NCBI RefSeq assembly: GCF_006345805.1
Contig: NC_043003.1
Location: forward strand, 115,258,001 to 115,322,000
Direction of reading: 5' to 3'
Origin: Octopus sinensis
Taxonomy: Eukaryota
Length of the DNA: 64,000 nucleotides
The notes beneath the pieces were generated by a model, which searched no databases, was not told where the DNA came from, and was given only the letters and a program-made list of their open reading frames with translations. Positions 27,402 to 40,848 of the stretch are shown piece by piece. Positions within the stretch are counted from its first letter, which is position 1, and the number at the start of each line of letters is the position of its first letter. The position numbers and the translations under genes were made by a program.

Positions 27402-28221
27402 CTATATATATATATATATATGTTGCAGTTCACTACAGCTGTTTCAGAACTGTTTTCTATTGACGCACAAAAAGGTTGCATGAAGCAAAATAACTGTTTT
27501 CTTCAGGTGAATAAAGAAAAAATTTCAATAATCAAAACTTAACAAAAATATATCATAGTGTTGCGGCTGATGTGGGAGGGGTGACTAACGGAAGCTATTC
27601 CTAAGCTTCTATTAATGAACTCGTTATAGGGAGCAGAATAAGGGAAGGGTGTAGGCGGTGAAGAAAGACAGAAAAAGATAGAATAAAGGAGAAAGCAGTC
27701 GTAGGGTAATGTACGATATAGTATTCCCTCATTCAAAGAAGAAAGGATGAAATTAAAGGTTATATATATGATTAACGTTGATTGCAATAGCGATGACAGG
27801 GTTTATATATTCGACTGCAAAGGAGAAAACACCTTTCATGCGCTGCTCCAGCATGGCTGCATAATATATATATATTCAAAAATATAAGGAATGGCCATAA
27901 TAGGACATTCGACTCACTAGAAAGAGCAGCCAAACTCAAACCGCTAAAAGTTGTAATTCTGAAATTGAAAGAGAAATAAAAACGTTTACCCCTTTCATCT
28001 CTGGACTATGCATAGTTTCCGCAAACTTTGGTAAACAAATTAATTAAATTAAATTAAATTTATTTACAACTGGCGTGCCTCGTCAGCAGAGAAGCCAAGG
28101 ACGAGTATATATCCATGAGGTGTTGGTAAGGAAGCTTCCAGTCTATAAGCTATAAATTTTGAAAATCTACCGCAATCGTGCGGTCTTCTCAGCAGTAAAT
28201 ATAAACTGCTGATTTAATTTC

Positions 28222-28270
<49 letters not shown>

Positions 28271-28767
28271 ATATGAACCAGACAACAAGAGTGATAAAAT
28301 AAATGATTAATGGGGAAAATAAGCATACGTGCATATACGCATAAACAAATAAATGGAAGAATTTTCCAACACACGTACATGCATATACACATATACATAC
28401 ACACACAGACATGTGTTTACGTATGTAACATTTGTATGTATGTATGTACGTACCTATGTATGTGTATGTATACATACTTGTAGGTAGAGAAGTGGATGTC
28501 TGGTAAGACGCTTCCTTCCCAACCACATATTTCCGGGTTCGATAGCCTTGCTTGGCACCCGAACTTTAGCTTTTGAGGCGGATACGTAAATATTCACGCA
28601 CGCGCACATGTATTTATGTATCTCTATGTATATATATATATATGTGTGTGTGTCTGTGTGTGTGTGCTTGTATTTGTGTGTGTGTGCTTGTGTGTGTGTG
28701 TGTGTGTGTGTTTGTGTGTGTGTGTATGTGAGTGTAAGCATGTAGTCTTTGTTTTTTGTCCCGCACC

Positions 28768-28998
28768 TATTTCTTTACTACCCAGAAGGGGCTACAGACG
28801 GAGAGGACAAACAAGGACAAACAAACGGATTAAGTCGATTTCAACGACCCCAGTGCGGAACAGGTACTTATTTAATCGACCCCGAAAAGATGAAAGGCAA
28901 AGTCAACCTCGGCGGAATTTGAACTCAGAACGTAACGGCAAACGAAATACTGCTAAGCATTTCGCCCGGCGTGCTAACAATTTTGTCAGCTCGCCGCT
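28768..28998 (-). mobile_element. SINE family B with a perfect 20-bp TSD
   Basis: TTTGTTTTTTGTCCCGCACC at 28748-28767 and 28999-29018. Confidence 0.93.
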
Positions 28999-29465
28999 TT
29001 TGTTTTTTGTCCCGCACCATCATTGGACGACCGGTGTCCGCGTATCTTAGCAATTTTCAAAAGTGTCCAGTTGCATATGTGGTAGACAGAATAACTTTGC
29101 AAGTCATTGGCTGAAACTAGTAAAAGATCAGAGATATTAACAATCCGCCCCCAAAATATATAAACAAATAGAAATATACTTCGTGGTACACTGGCAGGAA
29201 AACATGTTCAGTATATATAAATGCAGTATATATAAACGTTTGGTTTCAGTTATATTCATAGCAGCAGACGATGCTGTTGAGAACTCGTCTCGATTAAGCC
29301 TCATCCGTGGAACCAACGGTTAACTGGAAAAAATGCGCGTTTTGTTAATTAAATGCAATTAAACATAAATCGAAATCCGTGCAAATTTATGCAATTCACA
29401 TTATAGATTTCCCGAATATTATACCAGTAATATGCCAAAGTCAATAAATACCTAGAAAAAGATAA

Positions 29466-29838
29466 GGATCTTTTCGGTTTGAACGGCAGTTTTTTCTAGC
29501 GTTTTTTTTAGGTTTAGGGTTATTTAGGGTTAGGGTTAGGGGTGGGGGAAGGGTATCTTTCTTTCTTCACAAATGTAAATAAACCCAATGTGTTTCTTAA
29601 ACGAGGGACATATTCATACGGCACAGTATGATTTTTACCTCAATAGAGGTCATTGATTGGTAGAAATTACAGAAATTGAAGGAAAAAAACAACAAATATC
29701 TTACAAACTATAGAATTTTCTCAATAAAGCCGAGAGAAAAAGATGTTTTATGAACACATTCTACCAGTATACGAAGTTTAAAATTTTTTAGTTACCTAGA
29801 AATTATGTTAAAAACTGCCGTTCAAACCGAAAAGATTC
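29466..29838. mobile_element. GGATC-TIR MITE copy M1 (internal deletion)
   Basis: 29-bp TIRs and TTAGGG motif; 8-bp flanks AAAGATAA/AAAAATAC (6/8). Confidence 0.9.
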
Positions 29839-30522
29839 AAAAATACCGTTTAATGTCGCGATATAACTTTGAAAGGGAAACGTAAGTTGGAACTCTTTTG
29901 AGAATACTGTTTACAATCCTTCATGGGAACAATATTTCACTCGATGAACTGTCTTCGAGATTTAACAGCAAGATGAAGAAAAGAGAAGAAAAGAAGATTG
30001 AAAAAGTAAAACTTGAAGAAAGATATAGGTAAATGTGAAAAATAGATAACATAAAAACGTTAAAACGATCCAAAGCACATAATATGAGATGACAGTTTAA
30101 ACATTTCTCGATTGGCAAAGCAAAAATAAAGACAAAAATTGCGAAAAGTAAACATTATCTGCTAGTTTGCATTTATAATATGTGCAGAAAGTTGAAAGAA
30201 ACAAGAAAGTAACACCACCACCACCACCACCGCCAACACCAAACAACGAGAACACTAACAAATGTAAGAACAAGACGCAAAAAATCATCATCAGCGTAAA
30301 CAAGAGAGAAACGAAACCAAAGGCTACACGGAACTCGACTTGTATAACACTCCAGTGAATATATATTGAATGGTATTACGATATTATACTAACTGACACG
30401 CCATCATTATATATGCGTTTATTTATCTGCTGCATAAAAATATATCTACAGGCATATATGTATGCATTATGTATGAATGGATGTGCGTATGTTTGTATGT
30501 ATATATAATTTACGTGTACGCA

Positions 30523-31494
30523 TATCGTGTCATTCCATAAATAATGCGGTTTTTTATATTTCTTTCATGTTTCAAAATTAAGATAAACTAAGTTCGTTCT
30601 TAATCTAAAGTATCCCCTCCTTGATCTTTCCAGAATGTTCTTCACTCTATCTGGTAGACTTGCAAGGCCACTCTTCAAAACTTCACTTGTCTGTGACAGA
30701 AAATACTCCTCCAGTACTGTTCCGGCCTCGTCTACATATTTTTTCCCTCCAAATGATTTTCAAGGCCGTGGAATAATTGATAATCAAATTGTGCAATGTC
30801 TGGTGAATATGGTGGGTTGGGGCATCGTTTCCCATTCAAACTGTTCCAGCTTTTCGAATATCATCCTGGCTATATGTGGCCGAGCATTATCCTGGTAGAA
30901 GAGCACCTTTCGTCTTGAAACCAAAGATGGTCGTTTATATTCTAAAGCTGACATAAGCCGCTCAAGCCACTAGCAGTAGATCTCCTATGTTGTTCTTTGG
31001 TTTAGGTTTAAAAGTTCAAATTGGACAAAACATTTCATTTCCCCCCAAACAGATAATAACACCTTACAAGTGTGAAGACCTTCTTTAGCCTGCGGTGTCG
31101 GTATTTCTTCTTTCCCTACACACTGTCTTCGACGATTGACATTTTTATAGAGAACCCATTTCTGGTCACCAGTCACTATTCTGTTCAAAAATGATTCATT
31201 CGTAAGACGTGACAGCAAAGAAGAGCACACATGCACTCTGCGCGTGATTAGACTCGCAATGTTTGAGAGGAAACCATTAATCCAATTTGCTGACGTTTCT
31301 GATGGCACTCAGCTATCGATGACTGGTTGGATGACCAAATCCAAGAATCACTGCAATTTCCTGAAGTTACGATGGAATTATTTTCCACCACGGTTTGCAG
31401 GAAGCTCTCGTCGAGGCATACAGTTCTTCCGGAACGGGGTTCGTCTTCTAGGCTGTAGTTTCCGGGTTGGGATTTCTAAAACCACCTTTGACAC

Positions 31495-31495
<1 letters not shown>
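30523..31495 (-). mobile_element. Decayed mariner (DD34D) transposase with probable right TIR
   Basis: CQRWF..GNYSLEDEPRSGR, RIVTGDQKWVLY, VLFYQDNARPH and PPYSPDIAQFDYQLF motifs across frameshifts. TA followed by TCGTGTCATTCCATAAATAATGCGG at 30523 is the likely TIR. Confidence 0.9.
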
Positions 31496-31532
<37 letters not shown>

Positions 31533-31596
31533 TATATATATATATATATTATATATATATATATATATACATACATACATACATACATGCATACGT

Positions 31597-31856
31597 ACAC
31601 ACATATCACCGTGATCACCGTGACTGACCAGGCTATCAGATGTTGCCACACATCGCTGGTCACAATGCGCTTTGCATTGTTTTAGCCTTCAAATGATGCC
31701 ACCCCGCTGGCTAAGCGAGCTGGCCAACAGAAGAAAGAGTGAGAGAAATTTGTGGCGAAAGAGTACGGCAGGGATCCCCCCCTGCTGGACCTCAACGCTC
31801 GGGCTGGGAATCGAAACTGCGATCCTACGACCGCGAGTCCGCTGCCCTAACCACTA
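31597..31856 (-). mobile_element. SINE family C (tRNA-like head AGTGGTTAGGGCAGCGGACTCGCGGTC)
   Basis: Head shared with 45455-45838; minus-strand B-box-like GTTTCGATTCCC. Confidence 0.8.
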
Positions 31857-32633
31857 TTAAATGTCAGATTGTATCTTACTTGCTTGCAATATAACTCAGC
31901 CAAACTGGTGCATTGGTGCATAAAGGGAAAATACTATGTTAGTACGAACGAAATTAAACAAATTTCGCGTAAATCGGTAAAGTGGATTTCGAGGTATTAG
32001 AGGTTTTCGGGATATAAGTATCCAAAACTGTGCATAATGGGAAAATATTCAGAAAATAATCTTCATCCTGAAAGGAAGAAACTCTTGCCTTTCGATTAGA
32101 CACAGTGACTTGACAATGAAAAAATACGGTTTGTTTTTCTACGGTAAATGTTTCTATTTTCGGTTTTATTAAACGTATTCTAATAATTTAGAAATATTTT
32201 TAAGTGAATGTGATTTCAAATATGTAAGTTGCTTGTAAAGCAAGTATCATATTTTCGCTTTCTTAAAACAGGCAATATTTTTATGATTTTTAATTAATTT
32301 TCAAGCGAATATCATTAACAAAAATTGTTTTGGCATATTTAAAAGATATTCTCAAGTGAACATGACATTAAAAATACGGTAAGTATTTCGTAGAAGTCCT
32401 GTTTTTTTAACCTCAGTGTGGAAGATATTTTTGTCAATAAGGTTTTTTTATCGAAAGCATTCAACATATTTCACCTCCAAATATTTTACTGCTATTTTTA
32501 GCACACACTACGACCACATAACAGCTACTTGCGATAAAGGACCCGAAATACCTGTTACGTGGTAGCAGGGAGTGCGAGAAATAATAACTAAATCTTAAAT
32601 TTGTTTGGGGAAAGTAGCCGTTAACACGTAATG

Positions 32634-32639
<6 letters not shown>

Positions 32640-32688
<49 letters not shown>

Positions 32689-32812
32689 TATATATACATA
32701 TATATATGCATATATATATATATATATATATATGCATATATATACATATATATATGCATATGTATATATAATATATATATATATACATATATATATACAC
32801 ATATATATATTC

Positions 32813-32891
<79 letters not shown>

Positions 32892-32979
32892 GAGAGAGAG
32901 TTAATTTGACCCTGAAATCTTAGAACGTCTTGTGTATGCATGCATGTATGTATGTACAGATAGATATAGAGAGAGATAA

Positions 32980-33032
<53 letters not shown>

Positions 33033-33110
33033 AAGATAGATAGATAGACAGACAGATAGATATGTAGAGAAAGAGAGAGAGAGGGAGAGAGAGAGAGAGA
33101 GAGAAAGATA
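32640..33110. repeat. (TA)n, (AG)n and (GATA)n compound microsatellite
   Basis: Direct reading. Confidence 0.95.
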
Positions 33111-33545
33111 TCGGGGGAGTTAGGAGGCCAGAAATTGGAGCAGGGGAAGTGGTAGACACTGTCCGGCAACCAATTATATCTTTCTTCGGTTTTTGTGGCA
33201 ACGAGACGAATATATATGCGTCACATATATCTTCTCTTGCCAGGGTTTGACCACAATTAGGCTCACGTTGCTGTCTGGACTGGACCTAAGGATTTGGTCA
33301 CAGAATTGTGGCGGTATGACGTCATCCTATCTGGATCTCACGGAAAGAATATCGTCGTGGAGAAGCTTTGTGCATATGAAACACACCTTTGAGCAGCAAC
33401 CACGTTACCAGTCAATGGGTGCCTGACGCGAATCCTCATGATACAGGTGACTCTTTTCCAATATTCAAATAGCTCTCAGTCCTCCATCTCATCTAGACTT
33501 TGCTCAACTTCTTTAATCGTTCTGTTTCCTGTTGATTTTGTCATG

Positions 33546-33589
<44 letters not shown>

Positions 33590-33611
33590 TATTATTATTA
33601 TTATTATTATC

Positions 33612-33980
33612 ATGCTTTTTCCTTCTTGCTTCAAATTTTCTTCCGTTTCTCGCCGGGTGTTTTCCATACACCTAGGGCAGAGAAGCTCATTGCATGCATT
33701 CCCAGATTACACGCGCAAATTCACAGATAACATATGTATTTAAAAATAAATAAATAAATAAATTCATGGATGTGTGTTATTTTCACAGCGATAATGCTCT
33801 TCTCAGTACATGAGCCGTTCCAGTTAATACGATTTTTTGCATTTCCTGTAGAGATGGTAAGCCTGGAATCATTTTCAAATAGGTTTCAGTACCTTTTTTT
33901 ATCATTCCTAGAGATCCTACAATCACTGGTACTGTAGTCGGCTTGAGATGCCATATTTTTTCAATTTCTATTAGCAAGTC
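33612..33980 (-). mobile_element. 5'-truncated R4/Dong-like (RLE) non-LTR retrotransposon end, flanked by (TAA)n on both sides
   Basis: 33783-33977: LIEIEKIWHLKPTTVPVIVGSLGMIKKG...L..IPG...L.EMQKIVLTGTAHVLRRALSL*, a typical RLE C-terminus. The 3' UTR runs into (TAA)n at 33545-33611, and a second (TAA)n lies at 33980-34025. Confidence 0.8.
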
Positions 33981-34021
<41 letters not shown>

Positions 34022-34664
34022 GTTATTGTTATCTTTTTTTTATATCCTAGAGATTCAAGAATTTTAATTTATGCCATAACTTTCCCTGCTCGGAAAAACA
34101 AATGGATACTTAATCATAGCGATTTATTAGAAATTGAAAATTGCTTGTTAAAAAATTACTCTAAAAAGTTCATTACCGATTATTTTGGTTCTGGAATTTT
34201 AAAACCGAAACATTTTACGTTTTTTTTTCTTTATTTGTGTTTCCATTAGCGTAGTTAGTTATACTTTTGTGTTTCAATATATTTTGACGAAAATGATTTA
34301 TTTTCTTCCGTTTCCATTATTATGCTAATTAGATTTATTTTACATATTTCGAAATATTACTTTGTAGCCGTGTTTTCTTTGTAACATATTCCCTTTTCCT
34401 ATTATTTTCGTGCTAGCTTTCACTTCACTGACAATCTGTCATTCTGTGTGAGGTTGGTATACCGTATATTTTTTGCCATCTGCATAGCATGCATAGAACC
34501 TAAAAGTTATACGAATTCAGAAAAAAGAATGAACGTTTGCTATTTCAATATAACAAAATACGTAAAACAATATTTAGTGGGTATTGAAACGCAACTTCAT
34601 ATTTGTGGCTAACAGCATATATATATATATATATATATATGATTTGCCTAATAGTGGTTTTATC

Positions 34665-34724
<60 letters not shown>

Positions 34725-35801
34725 TTTTTATTTATTTTCAAATCCATTTGAATCTGCCATTCAGGATTTTGCAAATTTCCTACGGTAAGTCGATGAGTGA
34801 TCACATGGATTCCGTTCTTTTCTTTTCAATTAACGCAATGTATATTCCACACATACAAATATGACGTCGTTTAACATGTTACTAAGGGGTGTTTTATTTC
34901 ATGAAAATTAAATGAATAACTGAACTATCGTTTTGTAATGCTTTTTGCATCCAATCATATTTTGATGTGTTATACTATAGCGTTTCCGAATATGTTAACT
35001 TATATGATGTCACGATACTTCCCAGGTGATTGGCACGCGTCAGACTCTTATATTAATAGATTACAGATATATCCTTAAAATAATATTTGTTGTCCACCAA
35101 GTTTCCTAACTGGAATAGAACTATAAATTATTCACTAATTTAGTTGAAGGTTACTCTAAAGTTCATTTTTGCTGATCATTTGTTCAGCCTTTGACCAGAC
35201 TTATGAGAAGTGATTATGATCAAAAACTTCTCACCATGACTATCACATAACCTTGGATTATTGTATCTCGCTAGAATTATTCTTTCGAAATCTTAACATT
35301 TCGGAGTAGAAAACTTCTGATTTGTCGGGAATTTTCTCCTAGTTCACATTTGCCGAACAACTGTGCAATCCATCCCTCCTTTGAAACTTCTCGATTGCTA
35401 TTTTTTAATATGTGTGTAGAAACTCGGATGGTGGGTGACATATTTCCTTCTTTAATTTTTCTTTTTACTAATCTCACTTTCTACATTTTCGTTCAGTAAC
35501 TGTATACATAATTCCATATACATTTGCAAAACATTCATATGCATTTATAAACTGCGTTTGAAGTTAGAGAAAAAGGTGCAATTAAAATGAGAATTTAGAT
35601 GAAGGAGTATATAAGATGGTTGGTCAACTGTTCGTATTTTTTTACTGAATTGCCGAATGCCCCATGAAGAATAAGCAACTAAAATCTATATATGGCCACA
35701 TATTAACCAAAATCGGTATTGTTCGATTAATTCACTACATTGTCAAGTGGAAACGGAAGTCCCCGTTAGCCACTATCCATCCTAGAATATGCGTATACTA
35801 C

Positions 35802-35870
<69 letters not shown>

Positions 35871-36644
35871 GTGAAAATTTTAATTCAGTTGAATATGGTA
35901 CTTAAGTTAAAAGCACCAGAATTTAGTATGGCATTATCCATATAATTTAAAATGGGGTGATTAAAATCAAATAAGCCACAAGTCTATCCACAGGTAATGC
36001 AGTACGATCGTTTCATGCGACTCCATTTAATTGAACCATGGAAGTATTACATCAGTTTTAAAATGTAGAACAATCTTCAACTGCATAAAAATATAGAATT
36101 TAGTTAAATTTAAAAGATTCATTTTTATAGTTATTCCATTAACCGGTAGACAGAGAACATTTTTCATCAAGAAGAACATAGTAGTAACTGATATTTTTTC
36201 ATGAAGACACTGCTTATCATTGATTTTACTTTGTTATTTAGATTTCCTAATGGGGGAGGGGGTTTAAGACTAGTTTATCAGGTCTTCTCGTGGAAAAACA
36301 AGAATCCATCTTTTATAGATAGAGAAAAAGACAGTTTAAGTAGCAATTATCTGGGATACCGGAGAAACAGCTGTAACATTTCATTGTATATTTTTGTTTA
36401 GTTCCAGTGACAATTTTAATGATTAAAATAATTTAGATGATATGATCAGCTTATCCTGCCTTGGTTTTGTTTTCCTTTTGCTTTAAATAGTATCATAAAC
36501 ACACACCCACATGCGCGCACACACACACCCACATGCGCGCACACACACACGCACGCACACATTTATGTTTATAGGTATGTTTCTTATGTAGACGCGTACC
36601 AACATCAACAACCTTTCGGACCTTGAGTTTCTCTGTTACTTCTG

Positions 36645-36680
<36 letters not shown>

Positions 36681-36685
<5 letters not shown>

Positions 36686-36807
36686 CGCAGTTCCGGGTTC
36701 AGTCCCACTGCGTGGCACTTTGGGCACGTGTCTTCTAGTATATCCTCGGGCCGACCAAAGCCTTGTGAGTCGATTTGGTAGACGGAAACTGAAAGAAGCC
36801 CGTCGTA

Positions 36808-36844
<37 letters not shown>

Positions 36845-37058
36845 GTGTGTGTATTTGTCGCCCTAGCATTGCTTGACAACCGATGCTGGTGTGTTTATGT
36901 CCCCGTTACTTAGCGGTTCGGCAAAAGAGACCGATAGAATAAGTACTGGGCTTACAAAAGAATAAGTCCCGGGGTCGAGTTGCTCGATTAAAGGCGGTGC
37001 TCCAGCTTGACCGCAGTCAAATGACTGAACCAAGTAAAAGAGTAAAAGAGTAAGAGTA
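36681..37058 (+). mobile_element. SINE family A with a deletion in the head
   Basis: ATAGGCGCAG|TTCCGGGTTCAGTCCCACTGCG... through the (GAGTAAAA)n tail. Confidence 0.9.
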
Positions 37059-37078
37059 TATATATATATATATATATT

Positions 37079-37545
37079 GATCGAAATGGTAAGACAACGA
37101 AATAATGAAAGAGACCTCGATATTACGTAAATAGAGGAATTTATCTATAAATGTAACATATGACAATTATTCGGTAACCATGATAAAACTCCGCGTTCGG
37201 ATCTCAGGGCGTAAAACACGCCGCCATCTCTTCAGTTATCGGGCCATCGAAAAAAAAGCCTTGAAATCTTTCCATCTCATGCGCTTAATACGGTCTGTAA
37301 TTTTCTCCAACAGTTTCTTAGAGTATATATAGTTTCCTTGATTGTACAGATATGTTTTTCATGGAATAATCGATGTAGTAGGCGTCTATATTGAATTCTT
37401 CTGCGGGGCAGAGTCCTCAACCGATTTCTGACATTTTTCCCATGGACCGATAACTGAAGAGATGAAGGCGTGGATTTCCGCTCCGACATCCGAAACTAGG
37501 AGTTTTTCATGGCTACCGAATAATTGTCACATAATATATTTACTG
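37079..37545 (-). mobile_element. Internally deleted Penelope-like element: inverted terminal repeats enclosing the ORF N-terminus
   Basis: Arms ~37150-37255 and ~37445-37545 are inverted. The minus strand between them gives IDYSMKNISVQSRKLYIL / LEKITDRIKRMRWKDF (the YSxKNIP..KRMRWKA N-terminal motif of PLE ORFs). CTGAAGA..GAAAC hammerhead cores occur in the arms. Confidence 0.8.
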
Positions 37546-37546
37546 G

Positions 37547-37586
<40 letters not shown>

Positions 37587-37665
37587 CGTGCGTGTGTGTG
37601 TGTGTGATTTTGCGTGTGTGTGTATGCATGTATGGATGTATATGTGTATACATATACATTTATAC

Positions 37666-37900
37666 ATAAGGCGGTTAGCTGGCAGACATGTAAGCGCGCC
37701 GGGCGAAATGCTTAGCGGTATTTCGTCTGACGTTGCGTTCTGAGTTCAAATTCCGCGAAGGTCGATTTTGCCTTTCCTCCTTTCGGGGTCGATAAATAAA
37801 GTACGAGTTTCGCACTGGGGTCGATGTAATCGACTTAATCCCTTTGTATATCCTTGTTTGTCCCCCGAATGTTTAGCCCCTTGTGAGCAATAAAGAAATA
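37666..37900 (+). mobile_element. SINE family B
   Basis: Reverse complement of the 15353-15586 type. Confidence 0.9.
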
Positions 37901-37953
37901 TATATATATTTACATACACACACACACATACACACACACACACACACACACAT

Positions 37954-38042
<89 letters not shown>

Positions 38043-40768
38043 CATACATACACATATGAGGAGTGTGACTGCACGTCTAGCTAGAAGTGTAACCTCATAC
38101 GAAAGGTTAGAACATTGCTTGGAAACGTATTGTGATTAGCGGTGTATAACACGAATCACATAGTCTACTTGATGCAATGACACAATGATATTAGTGAGTG
38201 ACATAACACATATATGCATTGACACACTCCTGCACACCAGCGCGCAACAGAGTAACACATACAACATATAATACATGCATACACTTCTACACCGCACAGA
38301 AAAAAGCTTAGACACGCCTGTAGAGTAAATAAACCTATCAAGACTGTGTGAACATTTCAAGGAGATAAAATCCTGTGTAATATTTTGTATTTCGTTTGAA
38401 AGGTCCTTGATGTGCATTCGAGTGATGAAACAATTTTTTTTTATTTCTCCGGTGGGTCGTTACGCTAGTTTGCTTATTACTATTGACGTAACGACCCTCT
38501 CAAAACATGAAACTTACTTTTGTGAAAAGAAATATCAAACGACCGGATGTTATTTTAATGGCACACAACTGGAAAGAACTCCTCAATGTCCATACCATAA
38601 GGATATGGCTAGTTTGCGCCACTGGGAGCTCTCTTCAAAATACAAACTACAAAATATGACGTCATTTAGCGTCGGTTAGAAGAAATCATTGAAGATTCGA
38701 ATGATTCTATTGATTAATGATTAATGATTCTATAGATTAAAAACTCTTGTTTACTGTTAAATGATGGATTTCTACTTCAAACGTCTAATACTCTTCTTCC
38801 ATAAGAAATTTGCTTGAGATTCCAAATACCTGAATATACCTTAAAGGTCATGTAGCCATATTGACATTAGTTTTCAAAGAAATAAACAACAAAGGAGAAA
38901 TGATTCTTCATTCGAATCATTTTTGCCTCTGGTAGATAGCTGACTGCATTCTCTTTTATATCGAAGCATGATATTTGATATTCTATCACGGCAAGTATGC
39001 CACTGTTTTCTTTTATATCTTAATAATTATTTTGCGAATGCTACTGATTTTGTTTCTATGAATATCTGTTAGTTTTCTTGTGAGTTGTAATGTCAACAGC
39101 TTATAACATATGAAATGGAGTGTGACAAGATAGAAAGAAGTCCGTCCCGCTAACGCAGTTTACGTTACCAGCAAAGCTTCAGAATTTGTTTTGTAAAAGA
39201 GAAGTAAATCTACAGAAGGCTTCTCCCGGGTTTCCTACGAAAATTGTACGAATGCAGCTAGGATTTTCTTTTCACATTTGTTATTGGTCAAAGGAAGTTG
39301 TTATATCAATAAGTTTTAGAGTATGTCATTTATTGTATTCAAATGTTATTTTATCAGGATTGGATTATTGCCGTTAAATCATTTCGCTACAAGTGTTTAT
39401 CGTGCTAAATCTGCGTGGTTAAAATGATCATAGAACGTGCAAGAAATGTAAAAAAAGGTTCTTGATCAAATAGGTTCTTGTGATCAAATACATTCTTGCT
39501 ATTACAGCTACCACAAAATTGAAATATTATGGTACCACCATCTTCTCTAACAAATATCAGATTTTCTCTTAAGCACGAGGTTTAAATTTCTAAATTAATA
39601 ATTAGCTGTGATTTTTCACCTATCTTTAAAAGTTGCCTCCCTTGTTATGTGCGAATTGGTGACAGATGTCACAAGGCAGCTATTTAAAAATATCTGCATC
39701 TCTTCGACGATGTCGTCAACGCGTGTAAATGCATATGATTCATTCCATTTCATATTATTATTGAACAACTGTTGAATAAATTATTTGCAGTCGGTAGAAG
39801 CATCGGGTTTTAGTGTTAAGTATTTGGTTTTATCTTTTTGGTGTTGTTGGCTCTGATCGGTACACGGTCCCTTGTACGGAGAGTGGCAAAATATAACGCG
39901 GTTGTTATACGTCGAAAAGATATATAATAGATCGCTGTACGACTGTGATGCTGAGAACATCTACAAAAGAGGCAGGTGAAAATTAGCATATGTACGGCAG
40001 AAGTAGCAATTGTAGAAAGTATTGTAAGGTGTTGATATGCATGGTCTATTGGGAATTTTGAATCATGAGAAAAGAATAGGTAACTGGGATTCTAGAATGA
40101 AATACCAGTAGAGAAATCGAATGTTTTTAATATACGAATGGAAATATCGAACGCTTCCATATCCATGCTATATTAGCGTGGATAGGAATATTGATGCTGT
40201 AAGTGTAACGGGGGTGGTAGTTATGGTGGTGGCTTTGCGTGGTAGTGTGAAAATTGCGGGAACTTGACAAGTAATCGCCAGTCCTGAAGGTGGTGCAGAA
40301 AACGTGTGAGGCAGTTGGCATGAAGTGCCGTTGGAGAAAGATACTTATTAGCAATTTAACTGACAAGAGCAGTGATTATTCATAATGCAATAATGTGAAG
40401 CCTCGCTGGTAGCTAATTACTGCAGTTTGTGCAAACTGAATTGCATTCAATGAGTTAAACCTGGTGGGTATAGCAGTTGTATTCTGCTGGTTTGTTTCAT
40501 TGTGTACGTGCGCGTCTGTGTTCGTGTGTAGGTGTGACTATATGATCGTGCATATGTACGCCTACTTGAGCACGTATGTGTATATATCTGACAATAATGA
40601 GAGAGAAAGAGAGGGAGAGAGAGAGCGACAGAGACAGACAGACAGACGGAGACAGAGAAATTGCAGGAGGTGGACAAAACAAGAAATGAAAGACGTATGG
40701 GAAATAGAAAGCAAATCATGAGCGAAAGAGATTAGGGAAATAATGAGAGGATGATGCCTATTATATGT

Positions 40769-40848
<80 letters not shown>

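Noticed and set aside
29515-29545. TTAGGG runs as interstitial telomere or chromosome fusion site
   Set aside because: Only 2-4 units, always at the same position within MITE copies.
29458-29846. Long flank duplication around MITE M1
   Set aside because: Only a 6/8 AT-rich match; treated as a decayed ordinary 8-bp TSD.
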